Source: Clostridia bacterium (GTDB lineage Bacteria; Bacillota; Clostridia; Oscillospirales; CAG-272). From it: a DNA stretch of 64,000 nt. Under the pieces are notes generated by a model. The model saw only the letters and a list, made by a program, of their open reading frames with translations. It did no database searches and had not been told where the DNA came from. A program made the position numbers and the translations under genes. The stretch is from assembly GCA_017503105.1 (NCBI GenBank), contig JAFVTS010000008.1, positions 133,453 to 197,452 of the forward strand, read 5' to 3'. Below, one piece after another: positions 9,494-16,774 of the stretch; position 1 is the first letter of the stretch; every line of letters starts with the position of its first letter.

Positions 9494-9518
9494 GTAGGGG
9501 ACTCTTCCCTGCTTTTTT
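9494..9518. terminator. Bidirectional terminator (spoIIID on minus; candidate sRNA on plus)
   Basis: GTAGGG (9494-9499), 7-nt loop, CCCTGC (9507-9512), T6 (9513-9518) on plus. A7 (9483-9489) supplies the U-tract for the minus strand. Confidence 0.5.
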
Positions 9519-9560
9519 CTCTCGATTTTGCGTTTTTAAGCCGAGCTTCCCTATTTTTAA

Positions 9561-9830
9561 TCAAAAAATACGGCTTTTGTGCGATTTTAGGTACTTTTTC
9601 CGCGTTGCTTCCCCGCCCCTCAGATGCCTTTCCGACTTGTTTTTTTCAAGAACGAGCTTTACTTCACTGTATAACCCGGGATTTATAGCCTTTAATCTTT
9701 GCGTCAGATCCTTATGTACCGTACTTTTGCTTATTCCAAAGCGTGACGCCGCAGCTCTCACGGTCATATTGTTTTCAATTACGTATTCTCCCAAGGTTTC
9801 ACAGCGCTCTTTTGTAAACGTGCGTTTCAT
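9561..9830 (-). CDS. spoIIID: Stage III sporulation protein D (mother-cell transcription factor)
   Basis: ORF 9561..9851. From the ATG at 9830: MKRTFTKERCETLGEYVIENNMTVRAAASRFGISKSTVHKDLTQRLKAINPGLYSEVKLVLEKNKSERHLRGGEATRKKY. This is the SpoIIID HTH signature (GISKSTVHKD, ERHLRGG). Confidence 0.9.
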   Translation of the reverse strand: MKRTFTKERCETLGEYVIENNMTVRAAASRFGISKSTVHKDLTQRLKAINPGLYSEVKLVLEKNKSERHLRGGEATRKKYLKSHKSRIF

Positions 9831-9907
9831 CTCTCCGTTGCCCTCCGACAAACTATCTCTTACTCAGTTTCTGCTTTAGTAAAATATATGAAGGACGTAT
9901 CATTTTA

Positions 9908-10681
9908 ATGCGAAAAGAAAGTTTAAATTTTAAAGATTCTACCATTTTTGAAGGTATGACGTCTATCCGCGCCATTCTTAAAGCACGCGATGAAGGAATA
10001 AACGACCGCTCCATCGAAAAAATACTTTTCGACAAATCAAATTTGAAAAAAATTGCAAAAGACGTCGGATATTTAAGAGCAGTTTCGTCAAAATTCGGTT
10101 TTGAGCTCGTTGAGTCTAACGCCCAAGAAATCGAAGAAATCGCCATCGGAAACACGCACGGAGGCTTGATAGCCATAGCAAAAGAAAGGACAATTCACGC
10201 ACTCTGCCGAGAAATAATACGTGAAAATGAATTTTACGTTATGATACAAGGTATCGAGGACCCCTATAACTTCGGTTACGCACTGCGCTCACTCTACGCC
10301 TGCGGCGTTAGCGGTGTCATTTTACCCGAAAGAAATTGGATGAGTGCTGCAGGTGTTGTCGCAAGAAGCTCCGCGGGTGCCTCCGAATCCCTGCCGATGT
10401 TCACCGCAGAGCCCTCCGACGCTATCGACGCATTCAAAAGCGTCGGCTACACGGTCGTGTGCGCCGATCTTGACACCGACGAGGTGCTTGGAGAATGCGA
10501 GTTGAAATATCCTTTATTTCTTATCGTCGGCGGTGAGCGCCGCGGAATATCAAAGGACGTTCTTCTGAAAGCCGATAAAAAAGTCAAGATAGAATACGCA
10601 AGGGAATTTCGCGCTTCCCTTTCCGCCGCCTCGGCAACCACGATGTTCGCCTACGAAATAATGCGGCAAAATAAAAACTGA
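9908..10681 (+). CDS. TrmH/SpoU-family RNA 2'-O-methyltransferase (RlmB-like)
   Basis: 257 aa. DPYNFGYALRS, LFLIVGGERRGISKDVL and SLSAASATTMFAYE match the three SpoU methylase motifs. Confidence 0.85.
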   Translation: MRKESLNFKDSTIFEGMTSIRAILKARDEGINDRSIEKILFDKSNLKKIAKDVGYLRAVSSKFGFELVESNAQEIEEIAIGNTHGGLIAIAKERTIHALCREIIRENEFYVMIQGIEDPYNFGYALRSLYACGVSGVILPERNWMSAAGVVARSSAGASESLPMFTAEPSDAIDAFKSVGYTVVCADLDTDEVLGECELKYPLFLIVGGERRGISKDVLLKADKKVKIEYAREFRASLSAASATTMFAYEIMRQNKN

Positions 10682-10766
10682 TCGTTTTTTCCACTTCTTT
10701 ATCAAGAAACAAAAAGCGCCGTAAGGAGTACCTTCCATAAAGCAGGTTTTACCTTCCGAGAAAATC

Positions 10767-10802
10767 AAAAGGAGTACGAGCAATTTCGTTCGTACTCCTT
10801 TT
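10767..10802 (+). terminator. Rho-independent terminator of the TrmH-family gene
   Basis: AAAA-GGAGTACGA (10771-10779), 10-nt loop, TCGTACTCC (10790-10798), TTTT. Confidence 0.7.
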
Positions 10803-10810
10803 CACGCGCC

Positions 10811-10839
10811 TTGCCCTGCAAGGTATAGTGTGTTATACT
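10811..10839 (+). promoter_or_regulatory. Sigma-A-like promoter (extended -10) facing the repeat element
   Basis: TTGCCC (10811-10816), 17 nt ending in TGt, TATACT (10834-10839). No CDS follows on the plus strand. Confidence 0.45.
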
Positions 10840-10861
10840 TTGTATTTCGGGTGGTAAAAGA

Positions 10862-11027
10862 GGTGAAGTTTTTGCTATCGCAAAAGTGAAGTTGCTTTGC
10901 AGTGAAGTTTGGACTTGTATCCAAGTGAAGTTAAGTTTACCCACTTTGCCGAAGGCAAAACTTCACTATCCGCAGGATAACTTCACTTACGCAGTAAACT
11001 TCACTTGCCCCTTTGGCAAACTTAGTT
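10862..11027. repeat. Array of eight 9-mers: 4 direct (A/G)GTGAAGTT followed by 3 AACTTCACT plus one degenerate AACTTAGTT, each spacer a mini-palindrome
   Basis: Direct copies at 10862, 10885, 10901 and 10924. Inverted copies at 10959, 10979, 10997 and 11019 (degenerate). Spacers: TTTGC-TATC-GCAAA, GC-TTT-GC, TGGA-CTTGTA-TCCA, TTTGCC-GAA-GGCAAA, ATCC-GCA-GGAT, TAC-GCA-GTA, TTGCC-CCTTT-GGCAA. Confidence 0.92.
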
Positions 11028-11055
11028 GGGGCACCTGCTTTATCGCAGGTGCCCC
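11028..11055. terminator. Strong GC hairpin closing the repeat element, just past the stop of the Cys-rich gene
   Basis: GGGGCACCTGC (11028-11038), loop TTTATC, GCAGGTGCCCC (11045-11055). There is no adjacent U-tract on the minus strand. On plus, T6 starts 10 nt later. Confidence 0.5.
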
Positions 11056-11083
11056 AAGACGGCGCTTTTTTGCTTTTAAAAAA

Positions 11084-11938
11084 TTATTTACCGTTTCCGC
11101 AGCCGCAGCCGCCACCGCCGCCGTTACCCGTAGGCAGCTCTCCGAGAGGTGTTGTGGTTCCTCTGAACTGAGAGGTCGGGAACGCCATAGTTCTGAACAT
11201 AGCACAGGGATTTTCATTGCTTTGCGCGGGAGGACACTCCTTGTCGGGAACGCTGTAGTCGGTAGCCTGAATGAGAAGCTGAGTGGGACGCTCCACTCTT
11301 ATTACCGAGAAGATTCCAAGCGAAACATAGAGATTATGACCCGTATCCGCGGTGTTGAACGTGCCGTTGAAGTAGTTGCTTACGACATCGGGGATCTCGG
11401 AGCAGCAATCACAGCAGGGTGTGCAAGGACACGAGCAATCAACAACCTTAGAGCCGAGTATAATGGGCTCAACGGTTTCCACGATAGCAATGGGATCGTT
11501 GGTCTTCATATTGTCGGTATTGCCTATTGAACAGTAGTTGTTCTCGGGGTCCGACGAGAAGGAGATCGCCCTGCCCTCGCCGCCGTAAAGAACAACTTCC
11601 TTTTGAAGAACTACAAGACCGTTAAAGCATTTGCTCTTTCCGATACCGACGCAGCCCTCAAATCCTACCTCTATATAATATCTGACCGTGATGCGGTAGA
11701 ATCCGCAATTGAACGGAACCTCTTCCACTCCGACAAACGCCCAGAGCGTTTTCGCGTATTTAGTTCTGATATTCGTGCCGCTTGCGAGCATTTGTTCGCC
11801 GTCCTCGCAAAGATACACCCTGACGTCCTCAAAGCAATCTCTGTCCTTGCAGCAATCAAGAACGACGTTGGTATCTATGCAAACGGTGCCGCGCCCGTCA
11901 CAGCGTGACGTAAACTGTGTATTTCTGTTTTCTTGCAT
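11084..11938 (-). CDS. Cysteine-rich protein of unknown function (possible spore coat/exosporium protein)
   Basis: ORF 11084..11959. The ATG at 11938 follows AAAAAGGAGAAAAATA. 284 aa with about 20 Cys, including DCCKDRDC and CSCPCTPCCDCC clusters and a C-terminal GNGGGGGCGCGNGK tail. I recognise no known domain. Confidence 0.75.
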   Translation of the reverse strand: MQENRNTQFTSRCDGRGTVCIDTNVVLDCCKDRDCFEDVRVYLCEDGEQMLASGTNIRTKYAKTLWAFVGVEEVPFNCGFYRITVRYYIEVGFEGCVGIGKSKCFNGLVVLQKEVVLYGGEGRAISFSSDPENNYCSIGNTDNMKTNDPIAIVETVEPIILGSKVVDCSCPCTPCCDCCSEIPDVVSNYFNGTFNTADTGHNLYVSLGIFSVIRVERPTQLLIQATDYSVPDKECPPAQSNENPCAMFRTMAFPTSQFRGTTTPLGELPTGNGGGGGCGCGNGK

Positions 11939-11997
11939 TATTTTTCTCCTTTTTAGCATATACGGCTAAAGACGCTTATCACGTTGCGTCTCGTTAT

Positions 11998-12024
11998 TAT
12001 GTTATGCCGTTTATAAAAAAAGGT
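11998..12024 (-). promoter_or_regulatory. SigK-like promoter candidate for the Cys-rich gene
   Basis: Minus strand reads AC (12024-12023), 16 nt, CATAACATA (12006-11998). This matches the B. subtilis SigK pattern AC-16/17-CATAnnnTA and lies about 60 nt upstream of the ATG. Confidence 0.35.
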
Positions 12025-12067
12025 TAAAAACAAATCCCGCACGTTAAAAAACTTAAAATCGGGCAAA

Positions 12068-12100
12068 TAAAAAGGAGCAGTTTTAACTACTCCTTTAAAA
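12068..12100 (-). terminator. Terminator of aspartate kinase gene
   Basis: Minus strand AAAGGAGTAGT-TAAA-ACTGCTCCTTT (one mismatch) followed by TTATTT. Confidence 0.6.
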
Positions 12101-12102
12101 AT

Positions 12103-13416
12103 TTATTTTACGAATTCATCGTAGATCGCCTGAAGGGCTGTGATATAGTCGTTCGAATCAACGCCGACGATGATGTTGAGCTCACACGAGCCCTGATCTA
12201 TCATACGGATATTTACGCCTGCGTTTGCAAGTGCCGTGAAGATCCTTGCGGCAGTTCCCTTCGTTTTTACCATACTGCGTCCTACTATCGCGATAAGAGC
12301 GAGGTTTTCCTCAACGGAAATATTCTCGGGGTTGACGACCTTGCAAATTCCCGACATAATGTCGGCTCTCTTGTTCGCAAGCTCCTTTGACGATACTACG
12401 ACGGACATAGTGTCGATGCCCGAGGGAAAATGCTCAAAGGAAACGCCGTTTTCTTCGATTACCTGAAGAACGCGTCTGCCGAAGCCGAGCTCGGAATTCA
12501 TCATATCCTTTTCAATAGTGATGGTCGCAAATCCCGTCTTACCCGCAATACCGGTAATCGTGTCTTCGCTTATGTTATCGGTTTCGGGCACGATGAAGGT
12601 TCCCTTGTCCTCGGGGCGGTTGGTGTTACGAATGTTGATCGGTATTTTGGAATATCTTACGGGGAAAATTGCGTCCTCGTGAAGAACGGTTGCACCCATA
12701 TAGGAAAGCTCACGGAGCTCTCTGTACGTGATTATTTCAATGGGCTTAGGGTTATGGATGCATCTCGGGTCAGCCATAAGGAAGCCTGAAACGTCCGTCC
12801 AATTCTCGTAGAGCGTCGCGGAAGCAGCTCTTGCCACGATAGAGCCCGTAATGTCGGAACCTCCGCGCGAGAAGGTCTTGATGGTGCCGTTGGGCATCGA
12901 GCCGTAGAAGCCGGGGATAACGACGTACTCGTGCTTGGAAAGATAATCACGGAGAACTTCGTTCGTTTTTTCGGAATCAAAGCTTCCGTCGTCCTTGAAG
13001 AATATCACCTTCTTAGCGTCAACGAAATCGAATCCGAGATATTTTGCGAGGATCATCGCGTTGAGGTACTCGCCGCGAGATGCGATGTAATCGCGTCCTG
13101 CGTTATGTACGAACGAACGCTTGATCTTCTCATAGATCTCCGAAAGATCGAGGTCTATACCAAGTCCTGCGATAATATCGTTATACCTTGATTTGATCTG
13201 TTCAAAAATGTCGGTGATGTCCTCATCGTTGAACAAAAGCTCGTAACATTCGTAGAGCATATCCGTGACCTTCGTGTCACCGCTCGTACGCTTACCGGGT
13301 GCCGACGCTACTACATACCTTCTCTCGGGCTCGCTCTTGATTATTTCCGCGACCTGGCGAAAATGCTCAGCATCGGCAAGCGAGCTCCCTCCGAATTTCA
13401 AAACCTTTAAACTCAT
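12103..13416 (-). CDS. Aspartate kinase
   Basis: 437 aa. N-terminal LKVLKFGGSSLADAEHF is the amino-acid-kinase KFGG motif. C-terminal ACT-like repeats (LALIAIVGRSM, ELNIIVGV). Confidence 0.9.
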   Translation of the reverse strand: MSLKVLKFGGSSLADAEHFRQVAEIIKSEPERRYVVASAPGKRTSGDTKVTDMLYECYELLFNDEDITDIFEQIKSRYNDIIAGLGIDLDLSEIYEKIKRSFVHNAGRDYIASRGEYLNAMILAKYLGFDFVDAKKVIFFKDDGSFDSEKTNEVLRDYLSKHEYVVIPGFYGSMPNGTIKTFSRGGSDITGSIVARAASATLYENWTDVSGFLMADPRCIHNPKPIEIITYRELRELSYMGATVLHEDAIFPVRYSKIPINIRNTNRPEDKGTFIVPETDNISEDTITGIAGKTGFATITIEKDMMNSELGFGRRVLQVIEENGVSFEHFPSGIDTMSVVVSSKELANKRADIMSGICKVVNPENISVEENLALIAIVGRSMVKTKGTAARIFTALANAGVNIRMIDQGSCELNIIVGVDSNDYITALQAIYDEFVK

Positions 13417-13469
13417 CTGTCTTACTCCTCTGGTTCGTTTTGGTTTAGTATAAAATTTATACAGTATAT

Positions 13470-13498
13470 ATTATATTTGAATTTTGATATTTTGTCAA
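13470..13498 (-). promoter_or_regulatory. Consensus sigma-A promoter for aspartate kinase
   Basis: Minus strand TTGACA (13498-13493), 17 nt, TATAAT (13475-13470). The leader is only about 50 nt, so there is no room for a lysine riboswitch or T-box. Confidence 0.6.
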
Positions 13499-13541
13499 GT
13501 GGAAATATTAAAAAAATGAAGCAAATGAGACCTAAAACACC

Positions 13542-13570
13542 AAAAAAACGGTCGCTTTAGCAACCGTTTT
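13542..13570 (-). terminator. Terminator of the 52-aa ORF
   Basis: Minus strand AACGGTTGC-TAAA-GCGACCGTT (one mismatch) followed by T7. The hairpin starts 11 nt after the stop codon. Confidence 0.65.
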
Positions 13571-13579
13571 TCCAAGAAA

Positions 13580-13738
13580 TCACAAGTCATCCGCATCTTG
13601 CACGGGTTTTTCGTAAGGATCGCTCGGAACTCCCGTATACATTCCGAGCGGGTCAGTCTCGATAGAATCGTCGTTTTCGAGGCGAAGCTCTACCGCCTTC
13701 TGAGAAGTGCGATCACGCTTTTTATCTTTATTTTTCAT
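13580..13738 (-). CDS. Small acidic protein (52 aa), uncharacterised
   Basis: Not in the ORF track (under 60 aa): MKNKDKKRDRTSQKAVELRLENDDSIETDPLGMYTGVPSDPYEKPVQDADDL*. It has a GGGGGA RBS 7 nt upstream and its own terminator. Confidence 0.55.
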   Translation of the reverse strand: MKNKDKKRDRTSQKAVELRLENDDSIETDPLGMYTGVPSDPYEKPVQDADDL

Positions 13739-13916
13739 TTTTTCATCCCCCTTCCCTTGACTTTATTTTGCTCTTCGGCCGTACCGTTTAAACGTAATTT
13801 TTTTAAAATCGACTTTATATTGTTAAAATTCGACTTCTTCATTAAAAGGCTTGACTTTTGAAAACCGTTTGTTGTATAATTTAATTGCCGATATATCGGT
13901 TATGAAAGGAAACGAA

Positions 13917-15221
13917 ATGAACGTTTTACATTACGATATTACAAAAGCAGCGGGCGATTTCAAGGTGCTCAACGCCACCAACGGCGGTCCTTGGCATACG
14001 AGGCACACGGCGACGCATTTCAGATCAAACCTTGAAGACTACAAGGCTGCGAATTTGAGATATTCAAGAAATCACGACTCTAACTTTCTTGACGTATACG
14101 GCGGTCCGTACGCGCACGATATAACCGCTATTTTTCCGAACTTCGATGCCGATCCCGACGACCCCGAGTCCTACGACTTCGCCTGCACGGACGAATCCAT
14201 ACTGACGACTCTGGACGCCGATGTGGAAACGTTCTTCAGACTCGGTCAATCCATTGAGCATCAGATAAAAAAACACGGCACGTTACCGCCTAAGGACTTC
14301 AAAAAATGGACCGTTATTTGCGAGCATATAATCAGACACTATAACGAGGGCTGGGCTGACGGGTATGAGCTCGGTATAAAGTATTGGGAGATATGGAACG
14401 AGCCCAATCTCGATAAAGACGACGCGCCGAATAAAAGGTGCTGGGGCGGAACTGCGGCACAGTTCTACGATTTCTACGAGATCGCGGCAAAGCACTTAAA
14501 GGCACGCTTCCCCGAGCTTAAGATCGGCGGACCTTCCTTCGCTCACAGGGATATTGCGTGGGCTGATGCGTTTCTTCACGAGATGAGTCAGCGACGCGTT
14601 CCGATAGATTTCTTCTCCTGGCACGCGTATACGCCAAAAGTCGAAGTGATCACAGAACGTGCCGCCGAGATAGACGAGCTCCTTATAAAGTACGGATACG
14701 GTAACGCCGAAAGCATTTTGAACGAGTGGAATTATACGAATAAAGCTCTTCCTTACGTATGCACGCTTGAGGCTATCCACGGAGCGAAGGGAGCGGCGTT
14801 CGTAATGGCGTCGATCTCCGCTGCCGAGCCGACGAGCATAGATATGATGATGTATTACGACACCCGTATATCGGTCTATTGCGGCGCTTTTGATTATTAT
14901 ACCTACAAGCCCCTTCCCACGTATTACGCCTTGAAGTGGTACGGAGAGCTCTACGGCTTTGAGGTCGTAAGGACGGACGATACTATCGAAAACGTCTACG
15001 CGCTCACGGGAGTAAAAGACGGCAAAACCGTCACGATTCTCACCTACTATTCCGATGAAGACGGACTTCAGGACGTTACGGTCAAGCTTGATTACGGAAA
15101 GCGCGGCTCTTACGAGATATATCTCGTTGACTCTGATAAAGGTGGCGAGCTCGTTCAAAAAACGCAAGATCCGACAGTTACTTTGAAGCAGAACACGTTT
15201 GTAAAGATAGCAGAAGTATAA
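13917..15221 (+). CDS. Glycoside hydrolase, GH39-like clan GH-A TIM-barrel enzyme
   Basis: ORF 13851..15221. ATG at 13917 follows an AAAGGAAA RBS (MNVLHYDITK). WEIWNEPNL carries the acid/base Glu typical of GH39/GH-A. No signal peptide. Confidence 0.75.
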   Translation: MNVLHYDITKAAGDFKVLNATNGGPWHTRHTATHFRSNLEDYKAANLRYSRNHDSNFLDVYGGPYAHDITAIFPNFDADPDDPESYDFACTDESILTTLDADVETFFRLGQSIEHQIKKHGTLPPKDFKKWTVICEHIIRHYNEGWADGYELGIKYWEIWNEPNLDKDDAPNKRCWGGTAAQFYDFYEIAAKHLKARFPELKIGGPSFAHRDIAWADAFLHEMSQRRVPIDFFSWHAYTPKVEVITERAAEIDELLIKYGYGNAESILNEWNYTNKALPYVCTLEAIHGAKGAAFVMASISAAEPTSIDMMMYYDTRISVYCGAFDYYTYKPLPTYYALKWYGELYGFEVVRTDDTIENVYALTGVKDGKTVTILTYYSDEDGLQDVTVKLDYGKRGSYEIYLVDSDKGGELVQKTQDPTVTLKQNTFVKIAEV

Positions 15222-15234
15222 AATCAACCGAAAA

Positions 15235-15277
15235 AGAAGCAAGAGTTCTCTCTGACAGAAAGCTCTTGCTTCTTTTA
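15235..15277 (+). terminator. Terminator of the glycoside hydrolase gene
   Basis: AGAAGCAAGAG (15235-15245) pairs with CTCTTGCTTCT (15263-15273), followed by TTTAT. Confidence 0.65.
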
Positions 15278-15391
15278 TGTATATCAATATTGTGAAAAAA
15301 CAGGTCAATATAGTCGTTGAAAAACAAGCACAAACGGGATATAATATAGATAGCGATATTACTTTTATCACTATAAATAAGAGGTATAAAA

Positions 15392-16651
15392 ATGAACGGC
15401 GATAAAAGAAGAAGCAAAGGTACCTCCGACTACAAATGGGTCATAATACTTCTATGCTTTTTTATGGTATTCATTTCACTCGGCTTTGCGAGCTATACGA
15501 AATCTCTCTTCCCCGACGAGATCGCAAAAGATCTCGGCACTGAGCGCAGCCTCGTTTCTTTGGGAGAGAGCTTCAGATACATATCCACTGCTGTCATAAA
15601 CATTTTCTTTGGGGCTTTTATAGCAAAATTTGGAGCTAAAAAGATGATATGCGCAGGTTTTGTCGCTCTTGTATTAGCAACGTTTCTTTACGGTATCGCG
15701 GACAGCCTCGCAGTTATATACATAGGCGGAACGCTGCTCGGTATCGGCTTTTCTTGGACGGGAACGGCTATGGTAGGACACGTAGTCGGGCTTTGGTGCA
15801 AGAAAAACAGAGGTACCGTTATGGGATTCATCCTCGCCTCAAACGGGATCGGCGGCGCCATTGCTGTACGAATTGTCGGCTCGCTCATAGACCCCAACGT
15901 TGTCGGAAGTTACAGAAGAGCTTATTTCTTCATTTCCGCTCTAATTGCAGCTATGGGTATCGTTCTTTTGATTTTCTTTAAGGATAAAAAGAAATCGGAT
16001 GACACCGACGAGTATTACGATAAACAAATCGACGAATCTTTGTGGCAAGGAATCGAAATATCGGTCGCAGTACGGAAATTTTACTTCTGGGGCGCCGTTG
16101 TTTGCGTATTCTTCTCGGGGCTTATTCTTCAAGGAACGTTCGGCATTGTCGCAATGCATATGAAGGACGTGGGAATCGACTATTCGAAGGTCACTACCCT
16201 TTTGACCTTCGGCTCTTTGATACTCGCCGGCGCTAAATTCCTCACGGGCTTTTTATACGATAAATGCGGTCTGCGTGTCACGGCAAGTATTTGCACTCTC
16301 ATCGCAACTGTTTCCTGCTTTACGTTAGCCTCTGTCACAAACACGAAAACGGGCTTTATACTCGCTATAATTTACACCGTCATATCGCAGTTTGCAATGC
16401 CGCTTGAAACGGTTATGCTTCCGATATACGCAGAGCATTTCTTCGGCGAGCGTTCATACACACAGGTGCTCGGTATTTTCGTTTCGGTCAATACCGCAGG
16501 CTTTGCCGTCGGAGCACCGATTTTAAACCTTTGCTATGATATTTTCGGAAGTTACCGTTACGCGCTTATAGCGGTCGGCAGTATATTTATATGCGTATTC
16601 ATACTTTTGCAAATAGTAATTTCCTGTGCAAATAAAGAGCGTCTGAAGTAG
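15392..16651 (+). CDS. MFS transporter
   Basis: 419 aa with about 12 hydrophobic segments. TTGAAA-17-TATAAT promoter at about 15317-15345. Confidence 0.8.
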   Translation: MNGDKRRSKGTSDYKWVIILLCFFMVFISLGFASYTKSLFPDEIAKDLGTERSLVSLGESFRYISTAVINIFFGAFIAKFGAKKMICAGFVALVLATFLYGIADSLAVIYIGGTLLGIGFSWTGTAMVGHVVGLWCKKNRGTVMGFILASNGIGGAIAVRIVGSLIDPNVVGSYRRAYFFISALIAAMGIVLLIFFKDKKKSDDTDEYYDKQIDESLWQGIEISVAVRKFYFWGAVVCVFFSGLILQGTFGIVAMHMKDVGIDYSKVTTLLTFGSLILAGAKFLTGFLYDKCGLRVTASICTLIATVSCFTLASVTNTKTGFILAIIYTVISQFAMPLETVMLPIYAEHFFGERSYTQVLGIFVSVNTAGFAVGAPILNLCYDIFGSYRYALIAVGSIFICVFILLQIVISCANKERLK

Positions 16652-16774
16652 AATTCAGCCATCTCGTGAGCGAATGCCTTTCGCTCTTCGGGCTATCCAT
16701 TCTGTTTAAGTCTACTATCTTCTTTGCCACGCTCGGCTTATTGTAAATAAATTCAATTAAACTTTTTTCACTTT

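Larger units (their letters stand above)
10846..11075 (+). ncRNA. Candidate structured ncRNA (about 210-230 nt) made of the 9-mer repeat ladder; unassigned family
   Basis: Bounded by the promoter at 10811-10839 and the 11-bp GC hairpin at 11028-11055 (T6 at 11066-11071). Non-coding. The strand assignment rests only on the promoter. Confidence 0.4.

Noticed and set aside
10886-11530. 214-aa plus-strand ORF and 76-aa minus ORF (10987..11217) crossing the 9-mer array
   Set aside because: They read through the repeat/hairpin ladder and then run antisense into the Cys-rich CDS. There is no RBS. The periodic peptide (..EVW..QVKL..) simply reflects the DNA repeats.
13417-13579. Expected lysine riboswitch or T-box upstream of aspartate kinase
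   Set aside because: The consensus promoter sits only about 50 nt from the start codon and the leader has no conserved L-box or T-box elements. There is no riboswitch here.
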